From assembly GCF_006345805.1 (NCBI RefSeq), contig NC_043016.1:12462001-12526000 (forward strand): a stretch of DNA of 64,000 nucleotides, read 5' to 3'. The translations under genes and the position numbers were made by a program. The stretch is from Octopus sinensis (lineage: Eukaryota). The notes below the pieces were generated by a model that ran no database searches, was not told where the DNA came from, and saw only the letters and a program-made list of their open reading frames with translations. Position 1 is the first letter of the stretch; each line of letters begins with the position of its first letter. Positions 24,481 through 37,354 of this stretch are shown piece by piece.

Positions 24481-25706
24481 TTGTTATATATAATTAATTA
24501 GAAGGATCTATAGACACTGGGACTCACAGAGAAGATGACAGGGTACCGAGACCCCTGGCAGTCTGGTGTGCTTGAGAAGACATGTCAAACTAAGTAAAAA
24601 CATGCTTGTTCTTGCATACAAACATTTTCCCTACGTCCCTCTCCAGCTGAGCATTCCTAATCTTGCAGGCTTGTAGGCACTGGTGCCACATAAAAAGCGT
24701 CCATACCGGTGCCACATAAGTACATCCATGCTGGTGCTGCATAGAGCACACCCAGTACACTCTTTAAAGTGGTTAGCATTAAGAAGGGCATCCAGCTGTT
24801 GAAACCCTGCCAAAACAGACATGGAGCCTAAACGGCTGGTCAGCTCCTGTCAAACTGTCCAATCCATGCCAGCATGGAAAAACCCAGATCATTATCAGCA
24901 GCAACAGCAGCATTATTTTAATACTATGCTTCCATGAAATCAAGGTGTGATGAAGTCAGCAGCATTTGCAGGAAAGACCTCATTCTTACAATATGCTTAC
25001 ATGTGATCTCATCATTCGTTGGATTTGAACAAACTACTCATTAACAAATATTCCTTCATCTTCTCTGTGTCTGCTTGAAACTATTTCATCCTGTATATAT
25101 CAAAGAACAATCTGTCACCAACCCCACCATGACCTTCTCTCCAACCTTGGACCCTATAGCATGATCATTTCCTAATGAAAAACATGGTTCTAAGTTTCAA
25201 TTAATCATGAAAATCATTGAGAATTTGGAAGGATTTTGTAAAACATCTGATATTTTTCATTAATTAATAAATTAAAAAGAATGATGGATTGATAGAATCT
25301 TTAGAGCCACAGAAAATTTGCTTCAATGAATTCTATCTGACCCATGCAAGCTTGGGAAAAATGGACATTAAAACAATGATGATGCCAGTGATGGCAACGA
25401 TGATGAGGGGGATGAATATTTCTAAAATGGGAACCTTTATATCATAGAACAAGAGGTGGTCTTAAGTGAGTTAGAATCAAACAAGTTAATAATATTCCTC
25501 AAATTGCAAGAACAAATTATTTATTTGTGGGTTTAAATTTTAGCTTAAATGCATTTATTTTAGTCAAATTTTGAAAAAAATGATTTGGTCATTTCCCTTC
25601 CTGATTATAAAGAATGTGTTTAATTGAAATGTAGAGTTCATGATACGATATGTATGCAATTAAAAAAAAAATTAAATAATTAATAAATTATTAAAATTGG
25701 TATTAC

Positions 25707-25737
25707 CGTTTTTTGAATCATTTTCCGTATTTGATAG
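25707..25737 (-). CDS. OFD1: OFD1 coding exon 4 (31 nt; LSNTENDSKN-G)
   Basis: Preceded by a >20-nt poly-T tract and aag|, donor G|GTAATA; supplies exactly the phase 0 to 1 shift needed between exons 3 and 5. Confidence 0.85.
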
Positions 25738-26857
25738 CTTAAAAAAAAAAAAAAAAAAAAAGAAATTTGAAAGCAAAATTACAATTTTAATGGTTATTTT
25801 TATATTTTATTTGTTTCGGTCATTGGACAGTGGTCAGGCAAATCGATTCTCCAGTACTTATGCTTCCTTTTTTAAAGCCTGGTATTTATTCTACTATTGG
25901 CCTCTTTTAATGAAGCACTAAGTTACAAGAATGTAAACATACCAACCCTGGCTGTCAAGCGTGTGTGTGTGTGTGTGTGTTGTGTGACAAACAAACACAA
26001 GACACACACACACACACACACACAAGGTGGTGCAAAAGTAAGTATACAGTTATAGAAAAAGAAAACACGTACAATACTCGTATATTTTTATCAAAAAAAT
26101 TAAAAGTTGCGATAAAAGTATTATTATAGTTATGATAAATGTATTATTATGATTAATGACAGTGAAAAAATATCAAAAATGGGGCTAATTAATTTATTGT
26201 GCTAATAATTTTAATCAATCATTATAGCAATTTTCTTAATGAATCATTAAGTGGTTGGTGCTAGGAAGGACATCCAGCTGTAGAAGCCAAGCCAAAGCAA
26301 ACTGAATGTGGCAGAGCCCTCTAGCTCGTCTGTTCTTGTTAAACTGTCCAACTCATACAAGTATGGTAAAAAAGAATGTTGAATGATGATATATATATAT
26401 ATTGACTGACCGACTACTGGCCTTTTGGGTCTGGCAGCAGTCGTGGTAGCATCAACATTTTTTTTCTCTACCCCAAGGCACATTCCTAACATGCCAGCTG
26501 AGTTTAATTCATCTAAGTCGAAAGACGCCTGTTCGTGACGTCCTGTTATTGTTATTATTATTATTGTTTTTATGTTATCATTATTGTTGTTTTTACATAT
26601 TATTTTTGTATTTATATTCGTGTAACATCATCTGTTTTTCTGTCCTTGTTTTGTATACATTCGAAGCTTTTTTCCAAGGAATCTAATGCGCTTAGCTTAG
26701 TTTTTCCTTGGGGCTGGCCAGATTGGAGCAATCTCAAGATTAATCAGCCAAAATTGCAAGGATGATCCGGTTTTTGACTGAAGATTCAAGGCTTCGAATT
26801 TCCCGTCCGTGTTTTTTGTATCGTCTTCTAAATATTTTGCGTTCTTGTCCCAGTTTG

Positions 26858-26889
<32 letters not shown>

Positions 26890-26931
26890 TATATATATGT
26901 ATGTGTGTGTGTGTGTGTGTATGTATGTATA

Positions 26932-27302
26932 AGTGGCTGTATGGTAAGAAGCTTGCTTCCCAACCACATGGTTCTAGGTTCAGTCCCACTGCGTGGCCCT
27001 TTGGGCAATTGTCTTCTACTACTATAGCCTCAAGCTGACCAAAACCTCGTGAGTAGATTTGGTGGACGGAAACTGAAAGAAGCCTGTTGTGTGTGTGTGT
27101 GTATGTATTTATTTGTGTATCGGTATTTGTCCCTCCTCCATCGCTTGACAACCAATATTGGGTGTGTTTACTTAGCAGTTTGGCAAAAAGAGACCAATAG
27201 AATAAGTACTAGGCTTACAAAGAATAAGTCCTGGGGTTGATTTGTTCAACTAAAGGCTGTGCTCCAGCATGGTCACAGTTAAATGATTGAAAGAAGTAAA
27301 AA
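26932..27302 (+). mobile_element. Major SINE copy
   Basis: Colinear with 17443-17870. Confidence 0.85.
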
Positions 27303-27320
27303 TATATATATATATATATA

Positions 27321-27895
27321 CAAGGTGCAATCTGGAAGCTTTGAGGCTTCTCCAAGAGAGACATTTATTAATTCCAAAGAAATACAAAACTCTAATCTCC
27401 TTCAAATTAGGATGATCCTCTCAATCCAATGCACTTGCTTTAGTGCTTCAGCCCCTTTGTGAAGGCCCCATTAAAGTGCTCCAAAGTGAAGGTATCCAGG
27501 ACCCTTGTCACAACCTCTTTCATCTCCTCAATGTCTTCAAACCAACTGTCCTTGAGGGTTTCCTTCAGTTTGGGGGACAACCCAAAGTCACTTGAACATG
27601 GTCTTGGATGTAGGGAGGGTGAGAAACAGTTTTGACGCCCATCTCTGTCAAGTACTTGGTTACCATCATCATCCAGAAAATTGAGAATTTTCTCAACCAG
27701 CTCTGATGTCCATCTCCTTCCCACACCTCTCATTGTCTCTCATCTTCTCTCTTACCATCCTTGAACATCTTGTTTCCAGTGAAAACCAGTTGCTTGGCTC
27801 ATACAGTTCAACCGATAAGCAGTCTGGAGCATTTCACGAGTTCCTGTGCTCAGTTTAACATAAAACAATACTGCACAGCAAACCTTCAAATTATC
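27321..27895 (-). mobile_element. Internally deleted mariner element
   Basis: N-terminal YCFMLNxAQE..EMLQTAY-like and C-terminal P.SSDFGLSPKLKETLKDSWFEDIEEMKEVVTRVL remnants; TA at the left end. Confidence 0.8.
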
Positions 27896-27902
27896 CCCAC
27901 AT

Positions 27903-28297
27903 TACTCTTTTACTTGTTTCAGTCATTTGACTGCGGCCATGCTGGAGCACCGCCTTTAGTCAAGCAAATCGACCCCGGGACTTATTCTTTGTAAGCCCAG
28001 TACTTATTCTATCGGTCTCTTTTGCCGAACCGCTAAGTGACGGGGACGTAAACACACCAGCATCGGTTGTCAAGCAATGCTAGGGGGACAGACACACAAA
28101 CATATACACACATACTTATATATATATATACATATATACGACAGGCTTCTTTCAGCTTTCATTTACCAAATCCACTCACAAGGCATTGGTCGGCCCAGGG
28201 CTATAGCAGAAGACACTTGCCCAAGATGCCACACAGTGGAACTGAACCCGGAACCATGTGGTTGGTTAGCAAGCTACTTACCACACAGCCACTCCTG
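27903..28297 (-). mobile_element. Major SINE copy
   Basis: Reverse complement of 17443-17870. Confidence 0.88.
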
Positions 28298-30375
28298 GCT
28301 GCATTCTACAAATTAGTCAGCTGTGACAAGCAATGTTTATTAGCATGTGTTCAAAGTTTAGAATAAAAAAAGTTGGCAGCTTAGCTTATTTAGAAGTGTA
28401 GTAATGACATACTAAAAATAAGATAATCTGCTGCTCCTGAAAAAGTTTCAAAACTTCTGGAATGCACCTTGTGTGTGTCTCCTTGTCCTGACATTGTATG
28501 ATAGTCATAAAATGCTTGTCACTGTCATATAAGCAATGCCATTTGTTTCCAATCTTCTGTGAGAACATGAGAACATGTCTGACCATAGGGAAATATTACC
28601 TTGTGCTTGGAAACAAGTGAGGGTTGGCAACAGGAAGGGCATCCACCTGTAGAAAATCTGCTTCGATAAAAACTCTGTCCAACCCATGCAAGCATGGAAA
28701 AACAGGCACTGAAATGATGATGCTGATGATGATAAACAAGAGGAGATTTTGTGGTGCTTTACGTTTTTGCCTGGGGAGACTGACTCATCTTCTTCTTCCT
28801 CACCGAGTCTTGCTATGCTTGTAGCAGGAAGCAGCTGTGTATCAAGATATCACAGCAATTTCTCAGACCAGAGGTCATGTACAAATGCTTGCAACAGAGC
28901 TGGAGTCTGCTAAATGCAACCAATGACCATGTGGTGTTGGTAAGCAGCTTATCTAGTTGAAGTTCATCATCTAACTTAATTATTTAAGTAAAGTACTATG
29001 TATTAATCCTTCAGGATTTAAACTGGCCCAAATATTCTGCCTGTCTTCTGCCCAAAGCAGCCAGTTTAGCTTCCTTCACCTACCCTACAATGTGATTCTA
29101 AAAAATAACAATCACCTCATCAAAATCTCAAAACTACAAGATAATGCATGATTAATCCAAAACAATCATCATCATCATCGTTTAACATCTGTTTTCCATG
29201 CTAGCATGGGTTGGACGGTTCGACTGGGGTCTGGGAAGCCAGAAGGCTGCACCAGGCTCCAGTCTTATCTGGCAATGTTTCTACAGCTGGATGCCCTTCT
29301 TAACGCTAACCACTCCAAGAGTGTAGTGGGTGCTTTTTACATGCCACCCGCACAGGTGCCAGGTGAGGCTGGCAACGGCCATGGTCAGATTGGTGCATTT
29401 TACGTGCCACCAGCACGGAAGCCAGTCGAGGCGGCACTGGCATCGGCCACGATTCAGATAGTGCTTTTTACGTACCACCAGTCCAGGGGTCCTGGCATCT
29501 GCCGGGTGCCAGTCATAGGATTGGTTAATAAATAAGCATTACATTCAACATATTAATCTGATTGTTAAAGGGTTAATGTTGTTTCAGTTATGCCTTACAA
29601 ACATTAATTAAGTATTTGATTGAAATGAATAGCTATTCTTAGTGAAGAATTAACCCTCTCATTGCCATTTCTCTTTAAATATACTGAAGAATATAATGAA
29701 ATATAATGAAGAATTTAATAAAATAATTAATTTCAGTATTTTGTCTGCAAGATTCTTGATGTGAACTGATGTGTCAAAAAAACATTTTATTGTATCTTAG
29801 GTGGATCATTATGCCAATAATACACATGCACTGGTTCTGTTTCATAACCATTTAACCAGGGCATGTCATAGATGGGGTCATGAATGGCAATGAAAGGACT
29901 TTGAAACAAACCTAGCTGATTGATTGACTGAACAATTAATCAAATAACCAATTAGTTAATTGGTTAGTTAGCCAATTAAGAAACAAGAATGAAGAAGTGA
30001 AATAGAACCAGTGCATGTGTTTATAGTTGGCATAATGACCCTCCTAAAATACAACAAAATTACTAGAATAACTTTGTCATTATTAAGCAAGAGTTTGGAA
30101 CATAAATTAACATGAAATTTTGATGGAAGATTTTAATTTAGATCATGTTAAATCATGGAAGTTTGTATCTTGGAATCAGGGAAGTCACAGGTGGGTGGTA
30201 TGGTATCAAAAGGGTTAACACAATCAAGCCCGACCATTTTAGCTACTTTTTTCTTCTGATTTTGTTGAAAAAGGATGCTTTTTTTATTTAAAAAAAATTA
30301 AAGCTTTTTAAATTTAGATAATATATCTTGCAAATACACTCAGTGAAATTAATGTTGCTTTTAACAATCACTTAC

Positions 30376-30444
30376 TAATATTTTGTAAAGATCTGAATGT
30401 GGATTTATGTGGAGTAACCGCAGCAGTTCCTGGTTTGATAACAT
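30376..30444 (-). CDS. OFD1: OFD1 coding exon 3 (69 nt; [23 protein letters not shown])
   Basis: Acceptor ttgttgcag|ATG, donor TTA|GTAAGT; similar to vertebrate [23 protein letters not shown]. Confidence 0.93.
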
Positions 30445-32220
30445 CTGCAACAAGGCATAGAAGAAAAAAACATAATTAAAAGTTCATTTCCACAATAAAT
30501 AAAGAAAATATAATTGTTTCATCATCATCCTCATTTAATATCCATTTTCCATACTGGCATGGGTTGGACAGTTTGACAGGAGCTGGCCAGCTGGGGAGCT
30601 GACCAGGCTCCAGTAGCCCGTTTTAGTATGGTTTCTATGGCTGGATGCCCTTCCTAACACCAACCACTTTACAGAGTGTGCTGGGTGCTTGCTTCTATAT
30701 ATGTTATAAATCCTTCCATCATTATGAAGCCATGTAAAACACAGCCAGCACACTCTGTTAAACTGTTGGCATTAGGAAGGGCATCCACCAGTAAAAACCT
30801 TGCCAAAGCAGACAGTGATCAAACCTCTGGCTCATATGGTCTTGTCAAACCATCTGACCCATACCAGACTGGAAAAGAGGATGTTAAATTACGAAGATGA
30901 TCATGATGATATCTTCAGAATCTGATTAAATTTTTTTAATTTGCTCTGAGAAAGCTGATTATATTAAAATAAATTCTAGTTAAAAAAGCATGCATATGCC
31001 TAAATGATATTAGATATACTCAGAATTCAACTAACTTTATTGGTAGGTTGATAGAGATTGCAACAAGAAGGAAAATCACAATATTCCAGTTGTTGACCTT
31101 TAACTTCCACTTTTAATTTTAACTTTTCTTCACACCAGACTAAATATGTTTAACAGGGTCAGTGCATTAACCTGTGGTATTTTTAGCAATTGTTGTTGTA
31201 GTTGTTGCTTAGTTCTGACTCAGTCTTGATTGAGAATATCCAGGCATGATCATTTGCCTATCTGTAAGTACTGTGCACACCAAACATTGTCAGAATAGTT
31301 GGTATTAAAAAAAATGTTATAAAATCAGCTGTTTTCAATAAAAAAAAAATGCAAAGTGGTTGGTGATAGAAAGTATACCCCCCAAAACAGCACAGTGCAA
31401 TGTGAGATATAGATTTCATAATCTACCTAAGACTGAAGTAACTCCAGACACAAACTGATATAAAGAGTAGATTAGCTGCAGACAACCATTCTGGTGCTGG
31501 TGCCAAGTAAAATTTATCCAGTGAATTCTGTCAGAGAAAACAACAACAAAATTGCTCAGTATTACCTGTTACAGTATGTACCAGATAATGCTGAATTGCA
31601 ATTAGGTCACAGGACATTATGAGGTCTTTTTATTTGACCTCCTCTATTTGTATTTATCTTTTTACTGCTACTACTCAGAACTCTCACCCATTCCTCTAAA
31701 CATAAGTTATCATGCAGCTCCTTTAGAAGAACCTGTTCCCTACCACCGCTACTGTACTTTAATCCCCATGTCTCCTAGTGTAAAGCTAGCCTTACCTCCC
31801 CCACTCCCATGTACTGCCACAAGTTTCTTAGTCTTGCAAGCTCCGTGGTGATCTGAATAGTGTTGGTGGCACAAAAAAAGTCATATGCATTGTAAGGTGG
31901 TTGGTGTTGGGAAGGGCAGCCAGCCATAGAAATCATGCCAAAGCAGACACTTGGAGCATGATACAGTCCTTAGATGTACTGGATCCTGTCAAACTGTCTA
32001 ATCCATGCCAACACGGAATATGGACATTAAATGATGATGATGATTCTCTTCTGTTTCCTTAATAGTTGGTCCATAATTCAAGAGATGTTCACTACTCAAT
32101 AATTGGTGCAATCTGCTTCCACTGTAATCTACTCAGTTATACTGACTTTTTTTCATGATAGTCCATTTTAAATGTTAAATGTTGCTTACCATTATATGTA
32201 TTAATCATCAATACTATATA

Positions 32221-32653
32221 TTGGGTCATCCCATAAATAATGAGGGTTTTTAAAAAAATTAAGGTATTTGACCAGGGTCTGTAGGACGTCCTCATTGAAC
32301 TCTACATATCGTCTTCTAGACTGTCGTTTCTGGAATCACCACTGACACTGGCTTATGCTTATTGTCTGATCCCCATATACTGCATTAATATTCCACACAC
32401 TTTCCATTGCATTGTTGCTTTTATTGAACTCATAAAGCAAAATATGCCAAATATGCTCCTTTGTCACATCCATTATAGGTTTGAAAAAATAACTGTTAAA
32501 ATCGAACTGCACCCTTCAAAACTTGCACTAAGAATAAGTCAAAGGTAAAATTATTTGCTTTTAAGGCAATTTGATGCAGGTACTTTATCGCATCCCCTTC
32601 CAACTTTTATTTCATGCAATTGAAAAAACCGCATTATTTATGGGATGACCCAC
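32221..32653 (-). mobile_element. mariner-derived non-autonomous element
   Basis: TA TSD; TIR TGGGTCATCCCATAAATAATG(A/C)GG; EHIWHILLYEFNK..NA.ES..NINAVYG N-terminal remnant. Confidence 0.88.
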
Positions 32654-33268
32654 TATAAAAATGGAGATCCTAAAACCAAGGTGTCATGTAAAAAGCATTG
32701 GTGTGGGTGCTGATGCCACTTGTAAAAGCACTGGTGGTGCTGCTATGTAAAAAGCACCCAATACACTCTGATATTAGGCACAACATGCAACCACAGAAAC
32801 CAAGTCAAAACTGACTACGGAACCTGGTGCAACACCTGGCCCTACCAGTCCCTGTCAAGCCATCCAACTCATGCCAGCATGGGAAACGGATGTTGATTGA
32901 TGATTATGATGATGAACAAGTTTGTTGTATTTTCTTTTTTCTCTTCTACCACAATGCACTCTGCTTCTCTAAATTTTCTACCTCTAAATCACACAGTAGT
33001 TAATTTCTCTAATGTGCACCAACTTCTTTTGCCATCAGGTCTCAAGTTCTTCTTCTTCTTCAGAATATGCATAGTATTAGCTTTCTTGCTGATATTATTT
33101 GGTCTGTAGTTAAATCTACAAAATTTGAAGCTGAGGATCAATTGCAAACAACAGCCATTCTATTTATATCACACTCTGGAAAGATTTAAAATATTTACAA
33201 GCATGCTTCTCTTCTGTTCATTGGCCTAAATAAATGAATCAAACTTGCAAGCCAGCATTCCAACTTAC

Positions 33269-33472
33269 TTTATCTTGTGCTATTCCACTTTCTGGCATAA
33301 ATACACTCAAGCTGTATTCATACTGACATTTTTGAAGATGGTCTGCTACAAGACTGTTACTGGCTCTTAATAGAATTGATTGGGATCCATCAGCAGAGGA
33401 AATAGGTTTCTCTAAGAGGTTACCTGGAACACATTTTTGAAGTTCTTCCACAAGAAGATGTCGCATCTGGGT
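33269..33472 (-). CDS. OFD1: OFD1 coding exon 2 (204 nt; contains LisH motif)
   Basis: Acceptor tttttcatctttag|ACC, donor AAA|GTAAGT; encodes [26 protein letters not shown] (ORF track 33239..33466). Confidence 0.97.
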
Positions 33473-33703
33473 CTAAAGATGAAAAAGAAAAATTATGCAT
33501 CTACACCAGTGTGTGTGTGGATATATATATATATTATATATATATATATATACATACAGAGAAAAAGAGAGAGACAGACAAACAGAGAGACAGAAAGTAC
33601 TGTTCTGTAATTGGTGCAACCAACAAACAAAAGTATTTCATCATGTGAGAGATATGCATCATTTAATATAAATATGATTTAATTGTGAGATATTATTAGT
33701 TTC

Positions 33704-33821
33704 ATGCCACTGAAAATATGATGGTCAGACAAGCTTGTATAATGTGCAAAATCTGAACAATTGCCTTGAAATACACTGCATACTATACAAGCTTGTCTGA
33801 CCAACATATTTTCAGGGGCAT
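33704..33821. repeat. Small hairpin/MITE (~38-bp arms, 2 mismatches)
   Basis: atgccactgaaaatatgatggtcagacaagcttgtata ... tatacaagcttgtctgaccaacatattttcaggggcat. Confidence 0.85.
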
Positions 33822-34052
33822 AACACTAATCGTAGCTTGCACATATGTATGTATATGCATATAAAACTGACATGAATTCTCCAAATCCAATATATAAATG
33901 GCACAGTGAAGATTTGTAAAACATTCCAGAAATTCTCCCTGTGAGATTTTAATGTGAACAGAAGCACACGTTTGGGTGTCAGCATCGACAGTTCAATGAA
34001 CACAATAACTCAACCACATATTCACAAACACTGGGAACATTCTTAACTTAAA

Positions 34053-34318
34053 AAGTCTTGTAGTAAAGATTGTTTGCCAAGATAACATGGCAGTCCTGGT
34101 TTAGGACTAATGTTGCTGTGATTTAGCCCCAGGAAACATCGTCTCCAGCTGGCTATATGACACAATCTGTGTCCTCCTTATATTTTCGAAATTATAATGA
34201 CACAGATTGTGTCATAGCCAGCTGGAGACGATGTCTCCTGGGGCTAAATTACAGCAACATTCGTCCTAAACCAGGACTTCCATGTTACGTTGGCAAACAA
34301 TCTTTACTCCAAAGTACT
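34053..34318. repeat. Fold-back element (~110-bp arms, ~90% identical, ~25-nt loop)
   Basis: gtaaagattgtttgccaa...gacacaatctgtgtc mirrored by gacacagattgtgtc...ttggcaaacaatctttac. Confidence 0.92.
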
Positions 34319-34575
34319 GTTGCTGAATATCTCTCGTTGTGAGATTTAAAAATAGTAATTTTCTAATTCAAAAAGTCTTGTTACTTTGTTAGCAACCGGC
34401 TTGAACTCTCTCAAGTTTTTTTAATTAAACTCAAAGAAAACTCATTAATTCATTCATACAAACAATGGTTGATTTTTTTTTTTGAGCATTACTACATATT
34501 CAGGCCTGAAAATTTTACAAAATTGCAAAAATTACAAACACACATAAATGGAATTTTTTTTGGGGGGGGGGGGGC

Positions 34576-34672
34576 GAAGGTAAAGGATACACACAGCCGG
34601 TGTTTAGGGTTAGTTTTAGGGTTAAGGCTTTTGTTACGCCGAAAACGGGTGGTCTGCGTATTCTTTACCTCC
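34576..34672. repeat. Short inverted-repeat element with TTAGGG-like core, copy 1
   Basis: ggtaaaggatacacacag ... ctgcgtattctttacc flanking tttagggttagttttagggttaagg. Confidence 0.75.
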
Positions 34673-35694
34673 ACCCTTGTTTTAAATGAAGACCATGAAA
34701 AAGAACATATAGTCCTTCCATACGATAAATCATGTTATCCTATTGCAAGATGACACCATAAGAGTGCATTTAAGAAACGGGAATGAGTTGAAAGTTCCTT
34801 AGGAATAACCTTTACTAACCGCTAGCAGCAAAATACTGGTGGAATAATATAACAGAATAGGATAAGACCAAAAGAGTTAAGTGATAGTGGTGGACATAGT
34901 GGTCTGTGGATCAAACGATTCCACCACGACCGTTTCATTTTGCTATTTTGAAATAGAAAGGTGTGGTTTGAGAGAAATCTAGTTGTTAATTTCTAGGGAG
35001 TCAGCGACAATATAGGGTCGCCTTCGTTTGATAGTATTTATCCATATAGGACAGGAAGGCATTATTCTCAATAACAAACGTTGTAGTATCATTGTTAACT
35101 GCTTCGAAGGTAAGAAAAAGGGACGGATTACTGACGGGAAAAAGCTTTTGGACCAACGTAGGAAATAACAGAATCAGTAAACAAGAAATCGAGCACTATT
35201 ACATAACATTCAGTTTGGAACCGTGCGAGTTTGTGGAAACATAGCTGCCGTATTTCTAATGGGACAACTACAGGAATGCTATTTTCCGAACGACTTACTA
35301 AATATTACTGAAGTACTTTGCTTACACAAAGTCGGTTGAAGATAACAAAATAAAATGGGGGTGTGTATGTATGTAAGACATTGTCTTAAAGACATCCTTA
35401 TTGATGCGAAATGACTGAAAAAATCTGAGGGTAATAAGTTTTAATAAAAGTGGATTTACTGTATATAAAGGTGAGAAGTTTTAACCTCCGAATACAGCTT
35501 AACGCTAACAATAAAAGGAAATGCCACAAATATTGCAGTTCTTGTAGCCAAGACACTCGTAGTTTCAAAACAAAATAAACAAAACAAAACTAAGTCTTAA
35601 GAATTAACTTCTTAATCTTTTCTCCATTTCTACTTATTATTATTTAGCACGAAGGTTATTTTCTCTAAAGTTAAAGAAAGCTTTTTTGTTCTAC

Positions 35695-35781
35695 CTTTAA
35701 ATAATCAATAACTCCTTTTTTCTTAAACAAGTAATAAAGTTTCTCGCGAAACTGGTCGGCTGATAAATAATCTTCATTCAT
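35695..35781 (-). CDS. OFD1: OFD1 coding exon 1 (87 nt; MNEDYLSADQFREKLYYLFKKKGVIDYLK)
   Basis: ATG in AAAACGATG context with an in-frame TAA 24 nt upstream; donor AAG|GTAGAA; matches the OFD1 N-terminus. Confidence 0.92.
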
Positions 35782-35969
35782 CGTTTTAAAAAAGAGGTAG
35801 TCTTAATCAGCTCTGTAGATTGTGTTCTTATATTTCTAAGACAATAATTCGCAATCCTCTGTTGGTGCACTTTCATTGAAAAAAAAATGAGAATGGGAAC
35901 AAATCATCTTTAATTAAGCAATTAAAACACTGGAATTCAAATCAAGTTCCATATTTTAAATGCAGACGT

Positions 35970-35983
35970 GATGTCATGGCAAC
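35970..35983 (-). promoter_or_regulatory. RFX X-box upstream of OFD1
   Basis: GTTGCCATGACATC on the minus strand, 12/14 match to GTTGCCATGGCAAC, ~190 bp upstream of the ATG of a ciliary gene. Confidence 0.65.
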
Positions 35984-37354
35984 TAAAAAATATCCTACAA
36001 CCTTACTTTCGTAATTCAGAGAAATAAAACTAATAGTAACTCGCATTAAATCATAATTAAAATAATAAATAATAAACTATAATTAAATGAAATAATTTAT
36101 TAAAGCTTTTCTTTTAATGAATCCAAAAAAGATCAAAAATTTTGTTTTATACTTTTTTAAAAATCGTATATCCAATATAGATATTACGAAATTTTTACCG
36201 CCAAATTAAATAGTCTCTTGAAATATAGGCACGAGACCTGAAATTTGTGGGGAAGGGGAAAAGTTTATTGCATTAATTCCAGTGCTTAATTGGTACTTAT
36301 TTCATTTATTTTATTAAGAATCAAAGGCAAAGTTAACGTGGGCGGCATATGAACTCAGAAAGTCCGCCTTGGATGCAAGGCTAGATTTTGACGGGGAGGG
36401 GTGAGTCAGTTATATAAACTACCGTATTTTAACGTGTATAAGGAATCCCCTAATTTTAGGGACTTAATTTTGGAAAAAAGATTTTTGTTAGGGATTATAA
36501 TACTATCCATGTATAAGAAACTCCCATATTTTTTAAACCTAATTTTTGACAAAAATGGGTTCTCATATTTTATAAACCTTCAAAATTGACTTCAGCGGGA
36601 TTTGAACCCTGAACGGAAAGAACCAAAAGGAAAACTGCAACTGACGACAAATTGTTATTTTTTTTCTTTCTTCTTTACACACAGAAAAAAAAAAACAAAA
36701 CCAGTTCAGCATAGTTATGATTTGTCATATGAATACAAGCCTCTCTCTCTCCCACCTCTTTTCTCTCTGCACAGAGAGAGAGAGAGGACATTCTCAAACT
36801 CAGATATAACCGCGCGCACACATTCAAATAGACATGTTCACTGATATTCTTTTCTTTTCTACTCTAGGCACAAGGCCCAAAATTTTGGTGGAAGAGGGGC
36901 CAGTCGATTAGATAGATTGATCTCAGTACGCAACTGGTACTTAATTTATCGACCCCGAACGGATGAAAGGCAAAGACGACCTCGGCGGAATTTGAACTCA
37001 GAACGTAACGGCAGACGAAATACGTTTCTGCCAGCCCGCCGCCTTACATTCACCGATATTAATATATTTATTCGTGTACAATTTCGCGCTCATTATTTTG
37101 TAATGAAATAGGTTTCAGTATTTAGTTTCCGCTTCTATTTCTGTAAGAATGTCAGCTGACATGACAACAAAATAGTTTTAATTGTATAAAATGAAAAGCA
37201 ACAATAAACGAAAGCCCATTTCCAAGTTGACGATACCAGATCTTCTGCTTAAGCAAACGAAGTAGCTGCTTATACTGTCGCTCGATCTGCTTGATATAGC
37301 AGCCTAATCTCTCACAAATCCATCTTATTCTCTTGTATATGTTAAGACACATTA

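Larger units (their letters stand above)
2810..35781 (-). other. OFD1: OFD1 gene, 5' part (11 coding exons in window; gene continues left of position 1)
   Basis: Spliced translation MNEDYLSADQFREKLYYLFKKKGVIDYLK-TQMRHLLVEEL...[55 protein letters not shown]... aligns by eye with recalled vertebrate OFD1 ([31 protein letters not shown]...[27 protein letters not shown]). All 10 internal introns are GT-AG and phase-compatible. Confidence 0.95.

Noticed and set aside
25054-25090. DEIVSSRHREDE-G as OFD1 exon 4 with a non-canonical GA donor
   Set aside because: A canonical 31-nt exon at 25707-25737 with strong signals fits phase and size better.
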